From Octopus vulgaris (taxonomy: Eukaryota), in the NCBI GenBank assembly GCA_951406725.2, contig OX597815.1, positions 176,204,001 through 176,268,000 of the forward strand: DNA of 64,000 nt, read 5' to 3'. The position numbers and the translations under genes are program-made. Under the pieces are notes generated by a model, which was not told the origin of the DNA, ran no database searches, and saw only the letters and a list, made by a program, of their open reading frames with translations. Of this stretch, positions 35,451-49,216 are shown one piece after another. The stretch's first letter is position 1. Each line of letters begins with the position of its first letter.

Positions 35451-37693
35451 CACGAATAGAATTATTACTAACACTGTGCATGCATTTTTTTTAATATGGA
35501 CAATCGGAGACCGACGTAACTACACGTTGTGTCACCCCATATTCTATTCATCTTCTCTACAAAAGTTCCATAACATTGACGTATATTTCGAGTATTTCTG
35601 TACAATCTGTGTATTCTATGTAACCATAACAGACAGCATAGATATTTATGCAAGTAAACCATATGATTTCCTGCTTTCGATTTCACTAATTTCGCTTTCA
35701 TATACAGTGCTGTCAGTCAGATTTTATTTTGTACAATGTTGTGTTGACTACAATATAATGCAATGAAGAGAAAAACACAGACAAAGCATTAAGAGCTTTA
35801 CGACGCGAAGGGGAAAAAAACGGCAAAATGTCATCTATTGGAAAAGATTTTTCTTTTTGCCTGTTTGGTGTTGTATAGTGCTGTAGGTGTGATTACGCAA
35901 CATATTTTTTTTAGATTAATAGACGTAATGAAGAAAACTTTAACATGTAACTGGCAGTTATTTCTATTTTTAATACTTGGTGTTACAAATTTACTCTTAT
36001 TATGAGAGTCAGCTAGTTCAATCAGATATATTCCAACTGGTGTAGACATTAGCAGAATGGTTAAGAAATTTGCTTCATAACCACGTGCTCAGGCGTTCGA
36101 TTCCAGAGGGAGGAACTTTGGCCTTTAATGTAACGTGCATTTTGCAAATGATATTTTGTAGAGGAAACTTTTCGGAACCAGTCCGTAAATATTCAGTGAG
36201 TTATAGAAGTCGATAGCGATGTAAAAGAATATATTAAATAAGATATTCAACTGTTTTAAAGACATCCCACTGTTAACTAAGAAATATTAGATTAATCTTG
36301 ACAATTCAAGTTAAAAATTTCATTTCAAAAACTTTAAAAAATGAGGGGCAAATAAATTTTGTTGACACATCGCATCCTTAGTTTCAGATTTTGGTACAAG
36401 CTCAGCAATTTCGACTCCAGTACCCAACTCGTACTTATTTTATCGACTTCTGAAAAGATAAAAAGTCGGCCTCCTTAGAATTTGAACTGAATATCCTTGT
36501 GTAATATTAGAATTTCCTGGTGATTTGAGGTGTAAGAATAGCAAATTGTAAATTGTGTATAAGTGCTACGGTGAAATGATATGCACAGGACGCAGAATTG
36601 GATGATGTGAATCTTGTCACTATTTCAATTCACTATTTCAATTCACGGAGTTTTTTTTTTTTTTTATCAGAATAATTTCTTTTACCAACAAACTACAGAT
36701 GTTGCTACCTGTAACTTTAATGGTGACAGCGCTATCCTCGTTCATTTTCTTGTATGTTTTGTTGTTTTTAGTAGAATTTGTTTGTTTATTCGGGTGTATA
36801 AGGGTAGCATCGTTCTGCTGACAAAGAAATCGTTGCGATGCCAGATGTTTTTCTCATCTGAGTATATGAAAACGAATTCACCTGTGTCCATTACAAATGC
36901 AGTGGAACAGTGACTATTGAACCAGCTATAACTAAAAATTTCAAAACACACGACTCCTTCCAACATTGGTTTCATGACATTACCGTGTTTCGACGAGACT
37001 ACAACCGCTGCTATCCACAAGTCTCATTGGATTGACGTAAACCAACCGCAACCTCTGTAGTTAGCTTGATCACCAGCGACTGTTCTGGCACTGTTTTCTA
37101 TATATCGCTAGTGGGGAAATGAGTCGCTACTGTTTCTAGCGGTCGAGCATCCATCATTGATAAGACTTGGGGGAGGTCGAAATCCCGTGACTAGTGGTCT
37201 CCCACTGGAGGTAGCGGGGATCTATCTCCCAGCTAGCGATATAAACGAGTGCATTTTGCATCAAAAGCCATTATGAGAGTTTTACCCGTGGTGTCTACCG
37301 CAGTATAGTTTAAAAAATAATAACCAAAAGATATTAAAATTCTAACTTACAAATACTTAAGTTATTCATGAGAATTCGAGTCAAAAATTCCTGTTTGAAA
37401 TCATTAAAGAACGAAAGATAAAAAGATTACCTAGCTATTATTGCTGGCGCATCGTAACCTTGTAAGTAATATTTGAATTAGAAAGTAATTTAATTTCCAT
37501 TTGGGAATTGCGTTCCACCTCCAATTTCCGATATGCATAAAAGACGGAATTGGGTCAAGTATTGTGAATCCCGTGTCCATTGGCTTAAATTCAGTTAAAA
37601 GCTGGATGTTAATTGTTACCAGCAGTTTTCTGATCTTAATATTTCTAACTCTAAAGGTAACAACGTTGTCTATGTATCGAGATAAAAGATACC

Positions 37694-37909
37694 CTCTCTT
37701 TACTCTCTTTTACTTGTTTCAGTCATTTGACTGCGGTCATGCTGGAGCACCGCCTTTAGTCGAGCAAGTCGACCCCGGGACTTATTCTTTGTAAGCCCAG
37801 TACTTATTCTATCGGTCTCTTTTGCCGAACCGCTAAGTGACGGCGACGTAAACACACCAGCATCGGTTGTCAAGCAATGATAGGGGGACAAACACAGACA
37901 CACAAACAT

Positions 37910-37973
<64 letters not shown>

Positions 37974-38158
37974 ATAAATATAGATGGATGTATACGACAA
38001 GCTTCTTTCAGTTTCCGTCTACCAAATCCACTCACAAGGCTTTGGTCGGCCCGAGGCTATAGTAGAAGACACTTGCCCAAGATGCCACGCAGTGGGACTG
38101 AACCCGGAACCATGTGGTTGGTAAGCAAGCTTACTTACCACACAGCCACTCCTACGCC
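37694..38158 (-). mobile_element. Full-length CORE-like tRNA-SINE with internal microsatellite
   Basis: Reverse complement is nearly collinear with 47564-47986; LINE-like 3' tail with CAGTCAAATGACTG hairpin. Confidence 0.92.
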
Positions 38159-38679
38159 GATAGAACCTTTTTTTTTCTTGACAAGAGGAGTTCAAATTAT
38201 TCGAGAACCTACTGAAGCAATTTTCAGTTTTTGTGTCTCAAAGCCATAACTTCGAATTTGATAAGCTTCGACATAAAACTATCTACAATTTTTATCAAGT
38301 TTGGTGAAACTATATCATAAGCTCGAACTTATTTTAGCATTTATATATAAAACGTTTCCTAACTACCTCTGATAATTAATTAGCTCAAGATTTACCAAAG
38401 TGTTTAAATGTAATAAACATCAATAAAGTTTATTACTTTTTGATGGTTTTGCTGCGATACCATTATTTTGTAACACTATGTCTTGAGTGAAACCGTTTCA
38501 TTCAGTTCTAAGGTTATTTGGAGATGTTACCGACATCCACATATTACGATGACAACACACCGCTAAAAGAAACACATAAAATTCGGGTCTCAGGTTTTTA
38601 TTGAAAATTATTCGAGATTAAAGCATGTAACGCACTTTTTACTTTGGGATTCAACTTAGAAATACCCTGAAGAAAGGCA

Positions 38680-38830
38680 TGTCGATAGGAAGGGCATCCA
38701 GCTGTAAAAACCAAGCCAAAACAGACTATTGGAGCCTGGTACAGCTCTTCGGCTTGCCTGCTCTTGTCCTACCGTCCGCCCGATGCAAACATGGAAAATG
38801 GATGTTAAATGATTATGTTGATGATGAGGT
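38680..38830 (+). mobile_element. RTE-type 3' tail fragment
   Basis: TAGGAAGGGCATCCAGCTGTA...CATGGAAAATGGATGTTAAATGAT, shared with 56745-57049 and 60772-61358. Confidence 0.7.
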
Positions 38831-40119
38831 AGAGGAGGTAAAGATTACTGGCGTTAGACAAATTTTAGCGATGCCAAGCGCTAAATTTTCATCATAAGCT
38901 TTCGACCACATTCAGTTCCACATTCGAAATACAATACTGTTTGTGTCTATAAGGGGATTTGATCTAAAATTAAATACTCGGCTATTCATGTAAACCATAA
39001 CTTAATTATATCAAGATACGTCTCTAATAAGCATGATACATTTTAAAATTATGAAAACAATACATACAAATTTTTAAGCAATATTCACATTATTCGGACA
39101 ACTTTAAAATGATTGAATCCTCCAAAAATAGACTACTTATCAGCCTACAGACAGTTAAACATTATATCAAAACGGTCAGACTTTCTGAAAAGTAATTTAA
39201 AGATATTCTATTCACTTGGCAATTGTTTTAAGATAGCAGCGCAGTTGGCATTAGCAATTCGCTGCAATTTCCGTTCATAGCGAATGTTAAGTAACAGAAA
39301 AAATATATATATATAAAACGAATGAAAATGAACCGAAAGCAAATTTATATACAATTACTATTACATTTAATTATGCCTACTATTTACAATTTAAATATAT
39401 ATTATTGCTCTTCGCATTTTACTATGAAATATATAATGAGATGAAAGTACAAAATGCATACATGAATGACTAATTCAACGAAACCATATTTCTAGACATA
39501 TGTCTGGCTATAAATACGCGTCTTATTTCCGAGTTATTCTTCTACAAGAACTCATGAATATGAGACGTAAACAATAATTGCATACTCCATCTTGTGCTTG
39601 AATATTTTTCATTCATATCCTGCAATTTTTTTCTGTTTTTTATATTTGAACACTTTCAACGCCGGAATACGCTTCTAAGTCACACGATTTTTCAGTATCC
39701 GTTTATTATTCAGCTGCTTAAGAATGATGTCGCAAATATTTTAAAACTTTTTATTGTGCATGTGTGCATTCATCAATTTTATAGAATTTTTTAATACAAA
39801 TTGTCAGTGTTGATATGTTAACAACGAAAACTCGAATCAGGAAGATGTCGAGAACGACAAACGAGAGCGAGGAAAACGGTAGAGACTAGAGCGGTCGATA
39901 AGGGAAGAAAGAACTTACTATGAATGGTAGGATTGATACCATTTGAAATGGGATATTCATGGCACATCACTTTACTGCAGGCTAAAGAAACAAAAAATAC
40001 TCTACATTCTGTGAGATTCATTGCAAGTTGAGAACTTTAGGGTTTAACATGCAAAACAAAACTGCATCTATCCATATTTGCAAAATACGTATATGCACGC
40101 ATGTATACATACATACTTG

Positions 40120-40455
40120 TTGGGGCCGTGGCAACACACTGCCTTGAGAAATCTTGAGAAATTAGGCTTCTCAAAACCAGAAAGGAGAAAGCTAATTCGA
40201 AGACTACAGATCCAATCCATCACTGGAACTGTAAAAATCTGTAAAACTTTCTAGAAATTTAACATTTAAATATATATGAGCATGTCTAGATATGTAACTA
40301 TTTGAATGAGAAGATATACATACAACATACAAATCTGCACATACATACAAAAACAAAACCTGTTGTTGATGTTGAAATTCCAATGAAGGAGCGTTGGATC
40401 TAGGTTAGAAAACGATTCTTTGTTGGCAAGAAATATTGAAATAAACTGGATAATG
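40120..40455 (+). mobile_element. 3' end of an RLE-type non-LTR element
   Basis: LEKLGFSKPERRKLIRRLQIQSITGTVKICKTF is homologous to the C-terminus at 41700-41810; related 3' UTR motif GAAGGAGCGTTGGATCT..GTTAGAAA. Confidence 0.7.
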
Positions 40456-40469
40456 ACATACATACATAC

Positions 40470-41910
40470 AACCAGCAAAATCCTGACAACAACTGAGAAC
40501 TTCTACAGAAACAGTGATGTTGACAGGCTCTACCTAATAAGAAATGAAGGTGGTAGAGGCTTGAGATCAGTGCAGACGGCCTTCGAATCCCAATGGTATC
40601 ACTCAAGTAGCACATGCTGAACAACAGCAGCAAAATATATATTAATGCAGTCCTGAAAAGTGAAGTGAGTAACATTGTACGAGTTGGCAGTGAACTCCTC
40701 AAGAAGCACTCTCTTCCTCATGATCTCCTATACAGCCCCAAAACAGCTGGGCTCTCTTACCTCAGAGACGACCTGGATGGAAAGCATTCAGCGTACAAAA
40801 ACAAAGACTACGCATCGGTATGTTGCCCGGAAGCTTGAAGAAAACAGTAGAAATGACACGAAGCGCAGCCTCTCTTGGACACAAGACCATTACATCACGT
40901 CACACAATGTAGGTTATGCGTTTGCAATCCAGGAACAGGTGATTGCCACAAAGTACCTGGTGAACAAGAGAGACAGTGACGCTCTTGTAATCCCAAGGTG
41001 CAACTGCATGTGTAGGCTATGTTTTTCCAGTTTCAGCTCTTGAGCTGTGGCCATGCTGGGGCACCGCCATTGTGGTGAAAGAGTACAGCAGGGATCACCA
41101 CCCCCTGCCGGAGCCTCGTAGAGCTTTTAGGTGTTTTCGCTCAATAAACACACACAACGCCCGGTCTGAGAATCGAAACCGCGATCCTGCGACCGCGAGT
41201 CCGCTGCCCTAACCACTAGGCCATTGCGCCTCTATGTCATGTTTCTGTGAAAGACATTACGCATGTGATTAGCAGCTGTCCTAAAATGTCGTTACGGTAC
41301 CACCGCCCTATGCGACACGATGTTGTTGCTAAAACAATTTACAACGCCATCCACAAAAGAGACTGTGCTGAAATAAACTTAGAAAATCCATCTCTTATAG
41401 AATACATTCATAAACACCAACTGAAGGTATATTGGTGGAATATTCCCATCAAAACGTCTGTCAAATGTAAACATAACAGGCCGGATATTGTTGATTGGGA
41501 AAGAAGGGCAAAGGTATGTACCATCATAGAGGTTAGTTGCCTTGCAGATATAAATATCTCTTTGAAAGTCAGAGAAAACGAGGATATCTATGGACAAATG
41601 CTTCGAAACCACCAGCTTCTATATCCAGACTATGAATTCATATTCATACCAATAATAATTGGAGCATTAGATTTTTTTAGTAAATGCTTAAAGGAGAATC
41701 TGGATAAACTGGGATTTTCAGAAAGAGAAATCGACCGGCTGATTTGTACAAGTACACCCTGTGAGTGGAACAGTAAAAATGTCTAAGACTTTTCTTAAGT
41801 TCCTAATGTAAATTGGTCTGCGTTAATTACACCTCAAAGATGGAGCCTTGTATCTTTGTTGGAAACCGGGTCCCTCCTCAGTGGAAGATTTAAAATAATT
41901 AAAAAACAGA
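40470..41910 (+). mobile_element. 5'-truncated decayed RLE-type (R4/Dong/NeSL-like) non-LTR element interrupted by a SINE
   Basis: SDVDRLYLIRNEGGRGL, FAIQEQVIAT, zinc knuckle CRLC..DITHVISSC, RHD, and PD-(D/E)xK-type HNRPDIV...IIEVSC. Confidence 0.88.
41023..41231 (-). mobile_element. Short tRNA(Arg-like)-derived SINE with LINE-B-type tail and 6-bp TSD
   Basis: Head GGCGCAATGGCCTAGTGGTTAGGGCAGCGGACTCGCGG...GGTTTCGATTC; tail AATGGCGGTGCCCCAGCATGGCCACAGCTC identical to 14821-14850; TSD CTATGT at 41017-41022 and 41232-41237. Confidence 0.9.
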
Positions 41911-42074
41911 TGAGACATACATACACACACACACATATATATAATCAGCCGAAATTGCGAAGTTGATCCGGTTCTTGACTGATGATTGAGGGCTTCGAAT
42001 GTCCCGTCCGTGTTTTTTGTGTCGTCTTCTAAATGTTTCACGTTCTTGTCCCAGTTTGTATATTTTTTTACTTT

Positions 42075-42118
<44 letters not shown>

Positions 42119-42180
42119 CACGTTCATAAACATTCATACACACATATATATGCATGACTATATATATATGTATATATACA

Positions 42181-42395
42181 TGCAAAGGGGTGCTGAAAAG
42201 ATCCTGGCTTTGGATGAAAGAAAATACAGGAGGATCACTTAATTATGATTTTATTCAACATAATCCCCTCTCCGAATCACACACTTATTGCAGCGGCCCT
42301 TTAATTTTTCTAAGCCCTGTAAAATAACTCGGAAGGTTGGCCCTCCAACCAGAACTTCTGCGACACCCTTAAAGCTAAGGACATTTCAGCAACCA
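42181..42395 (-). mobile_element. mariner-derived MITE, second copy
   Basis: Reverse complement aligns with 32610-32828. Confidence 0.75.
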
Positions 42396-43009
42396 TTGTG
42401 TGTGTGTGTGTGTGTGTACTGTTGTGTCTGGGGAGAGTCATTCTCTTTTAGTGCCTTATAATTTAACACACACACCGGTAAAATTTCCACTCATTTCTTT
42501 TATTTTTCTAAAATTTTCTTTGCGTCTTGCAACCTTTTCAATAGTTTTAACTTTGTCCGTTATTCAAACTGCGTTCTTTTTGTTTGTTTGTGCGCATGTG
42601 AGCATAAACATGTATGTATGTATGTATGTATGTGTGCATATATGTGTGTGTGTGCATATGTATATATGCATGTGTTCTGCATATTGATGTGTTTGCATGT
42701 CTGAGAGAGAGTCTGTGTGTATGGGTTTATTGCAACTGTATTTGTATTGTACTGTGTATATATAAATGTGCATCTCCATATGTGTGGAAGTGTGTCTTCA
42801 TATGTGTCCTTGTGTGAAGTGAAGTGTGTGTGTATATATATGGTCATGTGTATCAGTCTTCATTTGCGTAGGTGTTTGTTCATATAACCTAAATGCCTAT
42901 ACATCTATATGTTTACTTTCATATCCATATGCTTACATACATGTACAGATACATACACCCACACACATACATACATCTATCTGCATAACAGACCATTAAC
43001 TATTGTACT

Positions 43010-45340
43010 CTACCTGTATAGACTGTAGGTATGAGGGTATCTACACGTATATTTCCTATTTAGTATTGGGGAAGTTTCTTTTATGAGGACGTACTCCTGT
43101 ATTTGTCTGAGTGTTGAGTCCTTTGGATGCTTGGATAAAATGCAGATGTCAAGTTGACCCAGGTTGCCTCCATGTTGGTCTTTGGCATGTTGGTAGAATA
43201 TGGAGGACTGTTTTTTGTTGTCATATTGTCTCAAATGTTCATTTAGTCGTTCCGCAATGCTCCTAGATGTCTCCCCTACGTATGTCATGTTCATGTCCTT
43301 ACAAGCATCTTCTATGCATCTTGTGCTGTAAACTACATTTCTAGTTCTACAGTTAATGCCAGGGCTAATCCTACATACAATGCAGTTATCATTGGTGTAT
43401 ATGGTATTCTTAAAGGGGTACTACTATATAGTTGTGATCTGACGGAGTTCCCTGGCTTTTCAACAATCTTAATGTTGAGTTTGGTCTCCTTCAGAGCTTT
43501 TCTAAATCTACGGGTTAGTTTCCCATGGGCTGTGGCCTCTACAGACATCACTCCTTGATATTTGTCGGTTTTAAACCACGTGTTCACCCTGTTTGCTTTG
43601 TCACAAGTTCTTCGTGTCCTGTTCCAGTCTTTGTTTCAATATCTAGGGCAGGTACCTCTGGTTTTATTACGTATAATGTTATCTAACTTCTTTCTAGCAC
43701 CCCTGTATACTCGAACCCTATCTTTCTGATCATATCCAGAGAATTGCATGCGGTGCATGAAGTTCTATAGATGTTTTCTTTCGTTTCATAGGGTTTGCAT
43801 AGTGGAGGACACGTTGTTCATTATCCTAAGCCTGCAATCAGTATGTTAATTTTCATATTGTGTGACAAAGCTGAGTTCTTGCGAACATATTTCGAAGCTA
43901 TGCGTTTCATGTAATAGGAATGGAGGAGCTGCACTCTATTGCTCACAGTCTCTAACCAAAGTTCAGTATCAAGGACGAGGAGTGTATTGTTTGAGTGCCT
44001 AATGGGGTCATCTATAGTTACCTTGATACTTTGGTGGATGGAGTTAGCTACTTGTTAGATGCTCTCCATTATGTTCCTCTCAGTTTCTACACTACCGTTA
44101 CTAGAGTTGGACTCAACTATGATATTAATGTCATCTACAAACCTACTGAAGAGTAGAAGAGTTGTGGACTGTTCTGCTAAGGATTTCTTAAGTTTTCTAT
44201 CCCACCAGATCATGAAGAGGCCAGCCACATCTCCAGCTACACCGACATCAACGGCTGCACCTTGAACCTGCATGTATAGTTTTTTGTTAAACTTTACTGT
44301 GTGGTTCTTCAAGGAGGTTCTTACACTGGCCCCTATTGCATGTGCAATCATTCCTTTCATCTGATTGTTGTTCTCAGGGTCTTGGGTGGGTACGATGCAG
44401 CCACTCAAGCGCTCTGTGGTGCTTTTCTTCACTGCTGAGGTGATGGTGAGTGGTCTTCCCCTCTGTGACCTGGTGGGATAGAATCTACTAAAGTCATGGT
44501 CATCTAAATAGTCACTGTCGTAGCTTAGTCTAATGAGAAGGCCCAGTCACCTCGTGTTGACATTACAGATCTCCACTCTCACAGATTATCTGAATGCATT
44601 TCTCCACAACAAAATCTATATCTATAGATGGGTAGAGTGAAATCACATCCATACTACCCACTACTCAACCTGTCAGGTCGTTGAAGTGGTTGCAAGTACT
44701 GATTTTACTGAGGAGATTTTCTGTGCTAACACAGACATCTGGAGACCTCTCTATGAGAAGTCGTAACACCTGTGAGAGGAAGTAGGACAGTCTATAATTG
44801 CTGGAGATATTCGCTCCGCAAACTGGTTTGTTTGAGGGAGGGGGCTCATGACAGGGTTTATGGTCTTTGCGTAACCCGTATAGTATTGCTGGATGCTTGG
44901 AAATTGTGTAGTCTTTTTCATAGGTTGGAGTATGTTGCACCATATTCCCATGTGGGCATTGAGGAGTTTTTCCACTCTTTCATGTTCCTGTGGGGCAACT
45001 TCTCACATTCCACTGATTTGTTGTTCAATGGTTTGGACATAGTTCTGTGGGATGTCTATTGACAGTCTGCCAGACTTGTCCGTAGGAAGGCACACTAATT
45101 CTCTGTTTCAGTTTTTGTAGACCTTTCGCAATAGATGAACTGAGTTGGTGGGTCCCTTCCTCACTATGTTTTTAGTGGATTTGTTGTATCGGTCAAAGAT
45201 GTGACGGAGCCTATTTCTAGCTAAGGAGATCTTTGCTTCTGTTTCACTTTCAATTTGGGGTGGGATACATACCCTTTTGTTAAAGGGTAAGTCTGTAGGG
45301 TAGATCCTCGTCATATCATAAGATTTGTTGTTAGGGTTAT
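43010..45340 (-). mobile_element. Decayed Penelope-like element (RT + GIY-YIG endonuclease)
   Basis: Minus-strand PTDKSGR, LYGLRKDHKP, LYMQVQGAA, FSRFVDDI, then NVVY..C...C..YVGETSRSIAERLNEH...RQIQE...I..PILN. Frameshifted. Confidence 0.88.
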
Positions 45341-45571
45341 AGCAGAGTGTAGAGTGTTATGATCGTTGTGGTTGTTGTTGCTATAGTTGCTGGCATTGTT
45401 GTTGCTATTGGTGTGTTGGTGGTGGTAGTGCTTGTGCTGTGCCCATTGTTATTGTTGTAGGCGGTGTTATGTACACATATATATATATGTGTTTATTTAT
45501 ATTTGTGTGTGTATATATACATGTGTGTACATATGTATGTATATATATGTGTGTGTGTATATATATATACA

Positions 45572-46286
45572 CTTCGCTACGTAAGGTTGGTAGTTTATTT
45601 ATGATGTGTTCAGAATCAGTTCTGCTGAGGATCATAAGACGCAAGTTGAATGTGAAATCACGGTGATACAGAACTAAATTCATTTTTTTAAATGTCTTGC
45701 TTTGAAAAACTGCATTTGGGTATGATTAGTATAATTTTGGTAGTAATGACTTAGTCCCTCTTAGTGTGAGGCATTTATGTGTAATAATGTCCTCTATACA
45801 ATATAGATATAATTAATTTGTTCAAAAGAAAAAAATTATTTTCGAATTCTTTTCTTTTATGAGGTTTTCACGCTAACTACCCGATAATTTCTTGTTAAGA
45901 TTCCTTATTAAGAGGTTATCCTTAATTGTTAAACTTATTCCGAAATACTTTTTATTACCCGACATGCAGTTCGTAAAAAGCCCGCCATTTACCGGATATA
46001 TGAGTTATAAACATTCCATGTGCTTGGCCGGATTGATCAGTTGTCTGGTCGTCTTCGCTACGTAAGGTTGGTAGTTTATTTATGATGTGTTCAGAATCAG
46101 TTCTGCTGAGGATCATAAGACGCAAGTTGAATGTGAAATCACGGTGATACAGAACTAAATTCATTTTTTTAAATGTCTTGCTTTGAAAAACTGCATTTGG
46201 GTATGATTAGTATAATTTTGGTAGTAATGACTTAGTCCCTCTTAGTGTGAGGCATTTATGTGTAATAATGCCCTGTATACAATATA
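45572..46286 (+). repeat. ~220-235 bp near-perfect direct repeat, period 481
   Basis: 45572-~45805 matches 46053-~46286; identical by eye over the first ~218 bp. Confidence 0.95.
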
Positions 46287-47382
46287 TATATATATATATA
46301 TATAATATATATAATAAGGTTTTTTTGCAACAAGTTGCTTAAACCATATACCGAAAATTTTAGAAATAGCAGCCAAAAGACTACTATTTCCTTTTACTAC
46401 AAAAATAAGTCTCCACAGACAACAATATTTGTAACTCACATATGGCAAAAAAAAAGAAGAAAAATAATGAAATCACACAGTCTTCGGTCAATTATGGACG
46501 TACGTTTCTGGATTAGAATCGTAAGGTTCATTTCCTTTATTGAGGGCAATAAATAAATAAATATTTATGTTAACAAAATAGATAAGATAGAATTTAAAAT
46601 ATACAAAACCACAAGCTTTCGATATCATTCTTATGCGGATGCACTTTTGAATACATGTGAAATGTGTTAACGACGTTAATCCTAAGGTAACCGGTGATAG
46701 TTTGTAACAGCAAAAATTAGAAACCCTAGAAATGTAGACTCTAAGCTTTTGAGCCAGGCCCCTTTTTTCTGGGAGTGAGATAGAAGAGAGAAATCGATGC
46801 AGTCGATTAGACTGTAGGTCAGTAATACACGTGTCTCTATATTTGTGTATCTTTGGGCGATTGTGTGTGTGTGTGTGTGTGTAGGAGAGACTGTGTGCAC
46901 ATGCTCGTTTATCAACTTGGGGAAAAAATATAATATTGATATTGATGGTGAAAGCGATAATGATGAGAGTAATGTAATGATAATCTATAACAGTAACGAT
47001 ATCTTAACGCTAATTACTAATTTCCCTCGAGGAGCAAATGATTGATAATTTTTTAAATCTGTAAAAGCCTTTTCTTCTTGTTATTTAAGGATGAAAGTGA
47101 TCTGCAGTACGCGTTAATTGAATTAAAACCACGTCGGCGTTTATATCTAGTTAGAAACTCTTCAAGATAAAGTGATAAATTACCATTTCCAACACCTATA
47201 ACACAAACCTCACAATAAGATCATAGCAATCTGGGCAAATGCGTGAATATATGCACATCGACGAAAAACCAATAATCCTTATATATGAGAATATATGTGT
47301 GTGTGTGGGGGGGTGCATATACATCCATGCATGTATGTGTGTTTATGTATATATATATATACATACATACGTACATGTGCAC

Positions 47383-47421
<39 letters not shown>

Positions 47422-47563
47422 TATACACCCACACACAGGAAGATGTATGTACACGCATAAATATGTACATTTAAAAATATGTATGTAATTACTTGGTAAA
47501 TAAAAAAAACGAAGAACAAACAAAACAGCAACGCGAGGACGTGGTACATGTAAAGTATTAACA

Positions 47564-47737
47564 GGCGCAGGAGTGGCTGTGTGGTATGTAGCTTGCTTAC
47601 CAACCACATGGTTCCGGGTTCAGTCCCACTGCGTGGCACCTTGGGCAAGTGTCTTCCACTATAGCCTCGGGCCGACCAAAACCTTGTGATTGGATTTGGT
47701 AGACGGAAACTGAAAGAAGCCCGTCGTATATATGTGC

Positions 47738-47786
<49 letters not shown>

Positions 47787-47986
47787 TGTGCGTGTATGTT
47801 TGTGTGTCTGTGCTTAACAACCGATGCTGGTGTGTTTATGTCCCCCTCACTTAGCGGTTCGGCAAAAGACACCGATAGAATAAGTACTGGGCTTACAAAG
47901 AATAAGTCCCGGGGTCGAGTTGCTCGACTAAAGGCGGTGCTCCAGCATAGCCGCAGTCAAATGACCGAAACAAGTAAAAGAGAGAG
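47564..47986 (+). mobile_element. Full-length CORE-like tRNA-SINE with internal (TG)n
   Basis: A/B-box-like head, CCTTGGGCAAGTGTCTT core resembling the CORE domain, tail GGCGGTGCTCCAGCATAGCCGCAGTCAAATGACCGAAAC. Confidence 0.92.
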
Positions 47987-48282
47987 ACGCTCAGGGTTCA
48001 TATACATGTGTATATATCGGTGTGTATGTGTGTAAAATAAAAATTAATGTTTCACACCCCAAAGTGCAGTTTTTCCATTTCTTATATTTCAGATTAAAGG
48101 TAACGCCTGTGTGTGTGTGTACATGTGTTTGCATAAAGATATATATATATATTTATATATATATATATATAAACGGGTTTGTATGATTGTGGATATATAT
48201 TATTCAAAGAAATTCCAACTGTCTGTTTTTTATGTTCTTTATAATATTAATGTAGAATATAGAATATATAGTATAAATATTA

Positions 48283-49216
48283 TCTCTCTATATATAAACG
48301 GCAGTTTGTCTGTCTGTGTGTCTGTCAGGTTGTACCCTCACCCTGACCATGGCTTTCAACCGATTCTGATGAAACTTGACACACACATAGCCCAATGTCA
48401 TAATTCAAAACTAACGCAGCGAAAATTTTGAAAAGTTCCCCCACTTCTGAAAAACATCGATAAATTCGACATGGGGTCGAGAATCTAAGCTATGCAACAC
48501 ACTTTCTGTTGTAGTTTTCGCAACTTGCAATCGATTTTCACCAAACTCATGGTGAAGCTTAATGTTACCCTAAGAAACTTAATTCTGACGTTAGTTTTCC
48601 ATGCAATACCTTACCATCAGAAAAAAATCGATAAAATCATGCCATTTTGGGAAATCACGTTCAAATTCAAGATGACATATTTTCGACAATATCTTTCACA
48701 AATTGGCAGGAATTTTTTTTAAATTCACAGCAAGCATCATGTCTGCTCCAAGGAGCTATATGGCCCTTTTTATTCCAATAGGATAGTTTATTATTGGAAA
48801 AAATCGGTTAATTAAATCATATGTGGCACACATAGCAAACCGATTTGTGTATTAAACAAAAACCAAGAGTTTGCAAGTAGCGTCCGAGGACCCTTAGGGT
48901 ACTTCAAAAATTTAAGGTAAAACGTTTGGGGTGGTAGTTATAAAGAAAGTTTAAACAAAAAAAGTATTCAAATAACTTGCGGCTGCAGCAGCTATTAGCA
49001 GAAGTTGGGGGTAAAGTCTCGAATGTAATTTCTTCCTGGTAGGAATTGGTTGGGTTGAATTATCGATAGCAGTTTGATAGTTATTTGGGAGTGAAGAGAA
49101 GACATTGCAACCTACACATGCGCCTTCGTTCCCTAGAGGGAAAGGACTAGATTGGGATTAGTCGTTGCCTACTAGGGGCTCTTACATACCCGGGCAACGC
49201 CGGGCTATGCTGCTAG
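48283..49216 (+). mobile_element. Non-autonomous Helitron, long variant
   Basis: A|TC start, hairpin CCCGGGCAACGCCGGG, CTAG|T end; 5' ~200 bp shared with 20543-20927. Confidence 0.85.

Noticed and set aside
41150-41231. Possible tRNA-Arg gene (also tRNA-like pieces at ~430-500 and ~27480-27530)
   Set aside because: Acceptor stem is imperfect and the sequence continues into a SINE body with a TSD; these are SINE heads.
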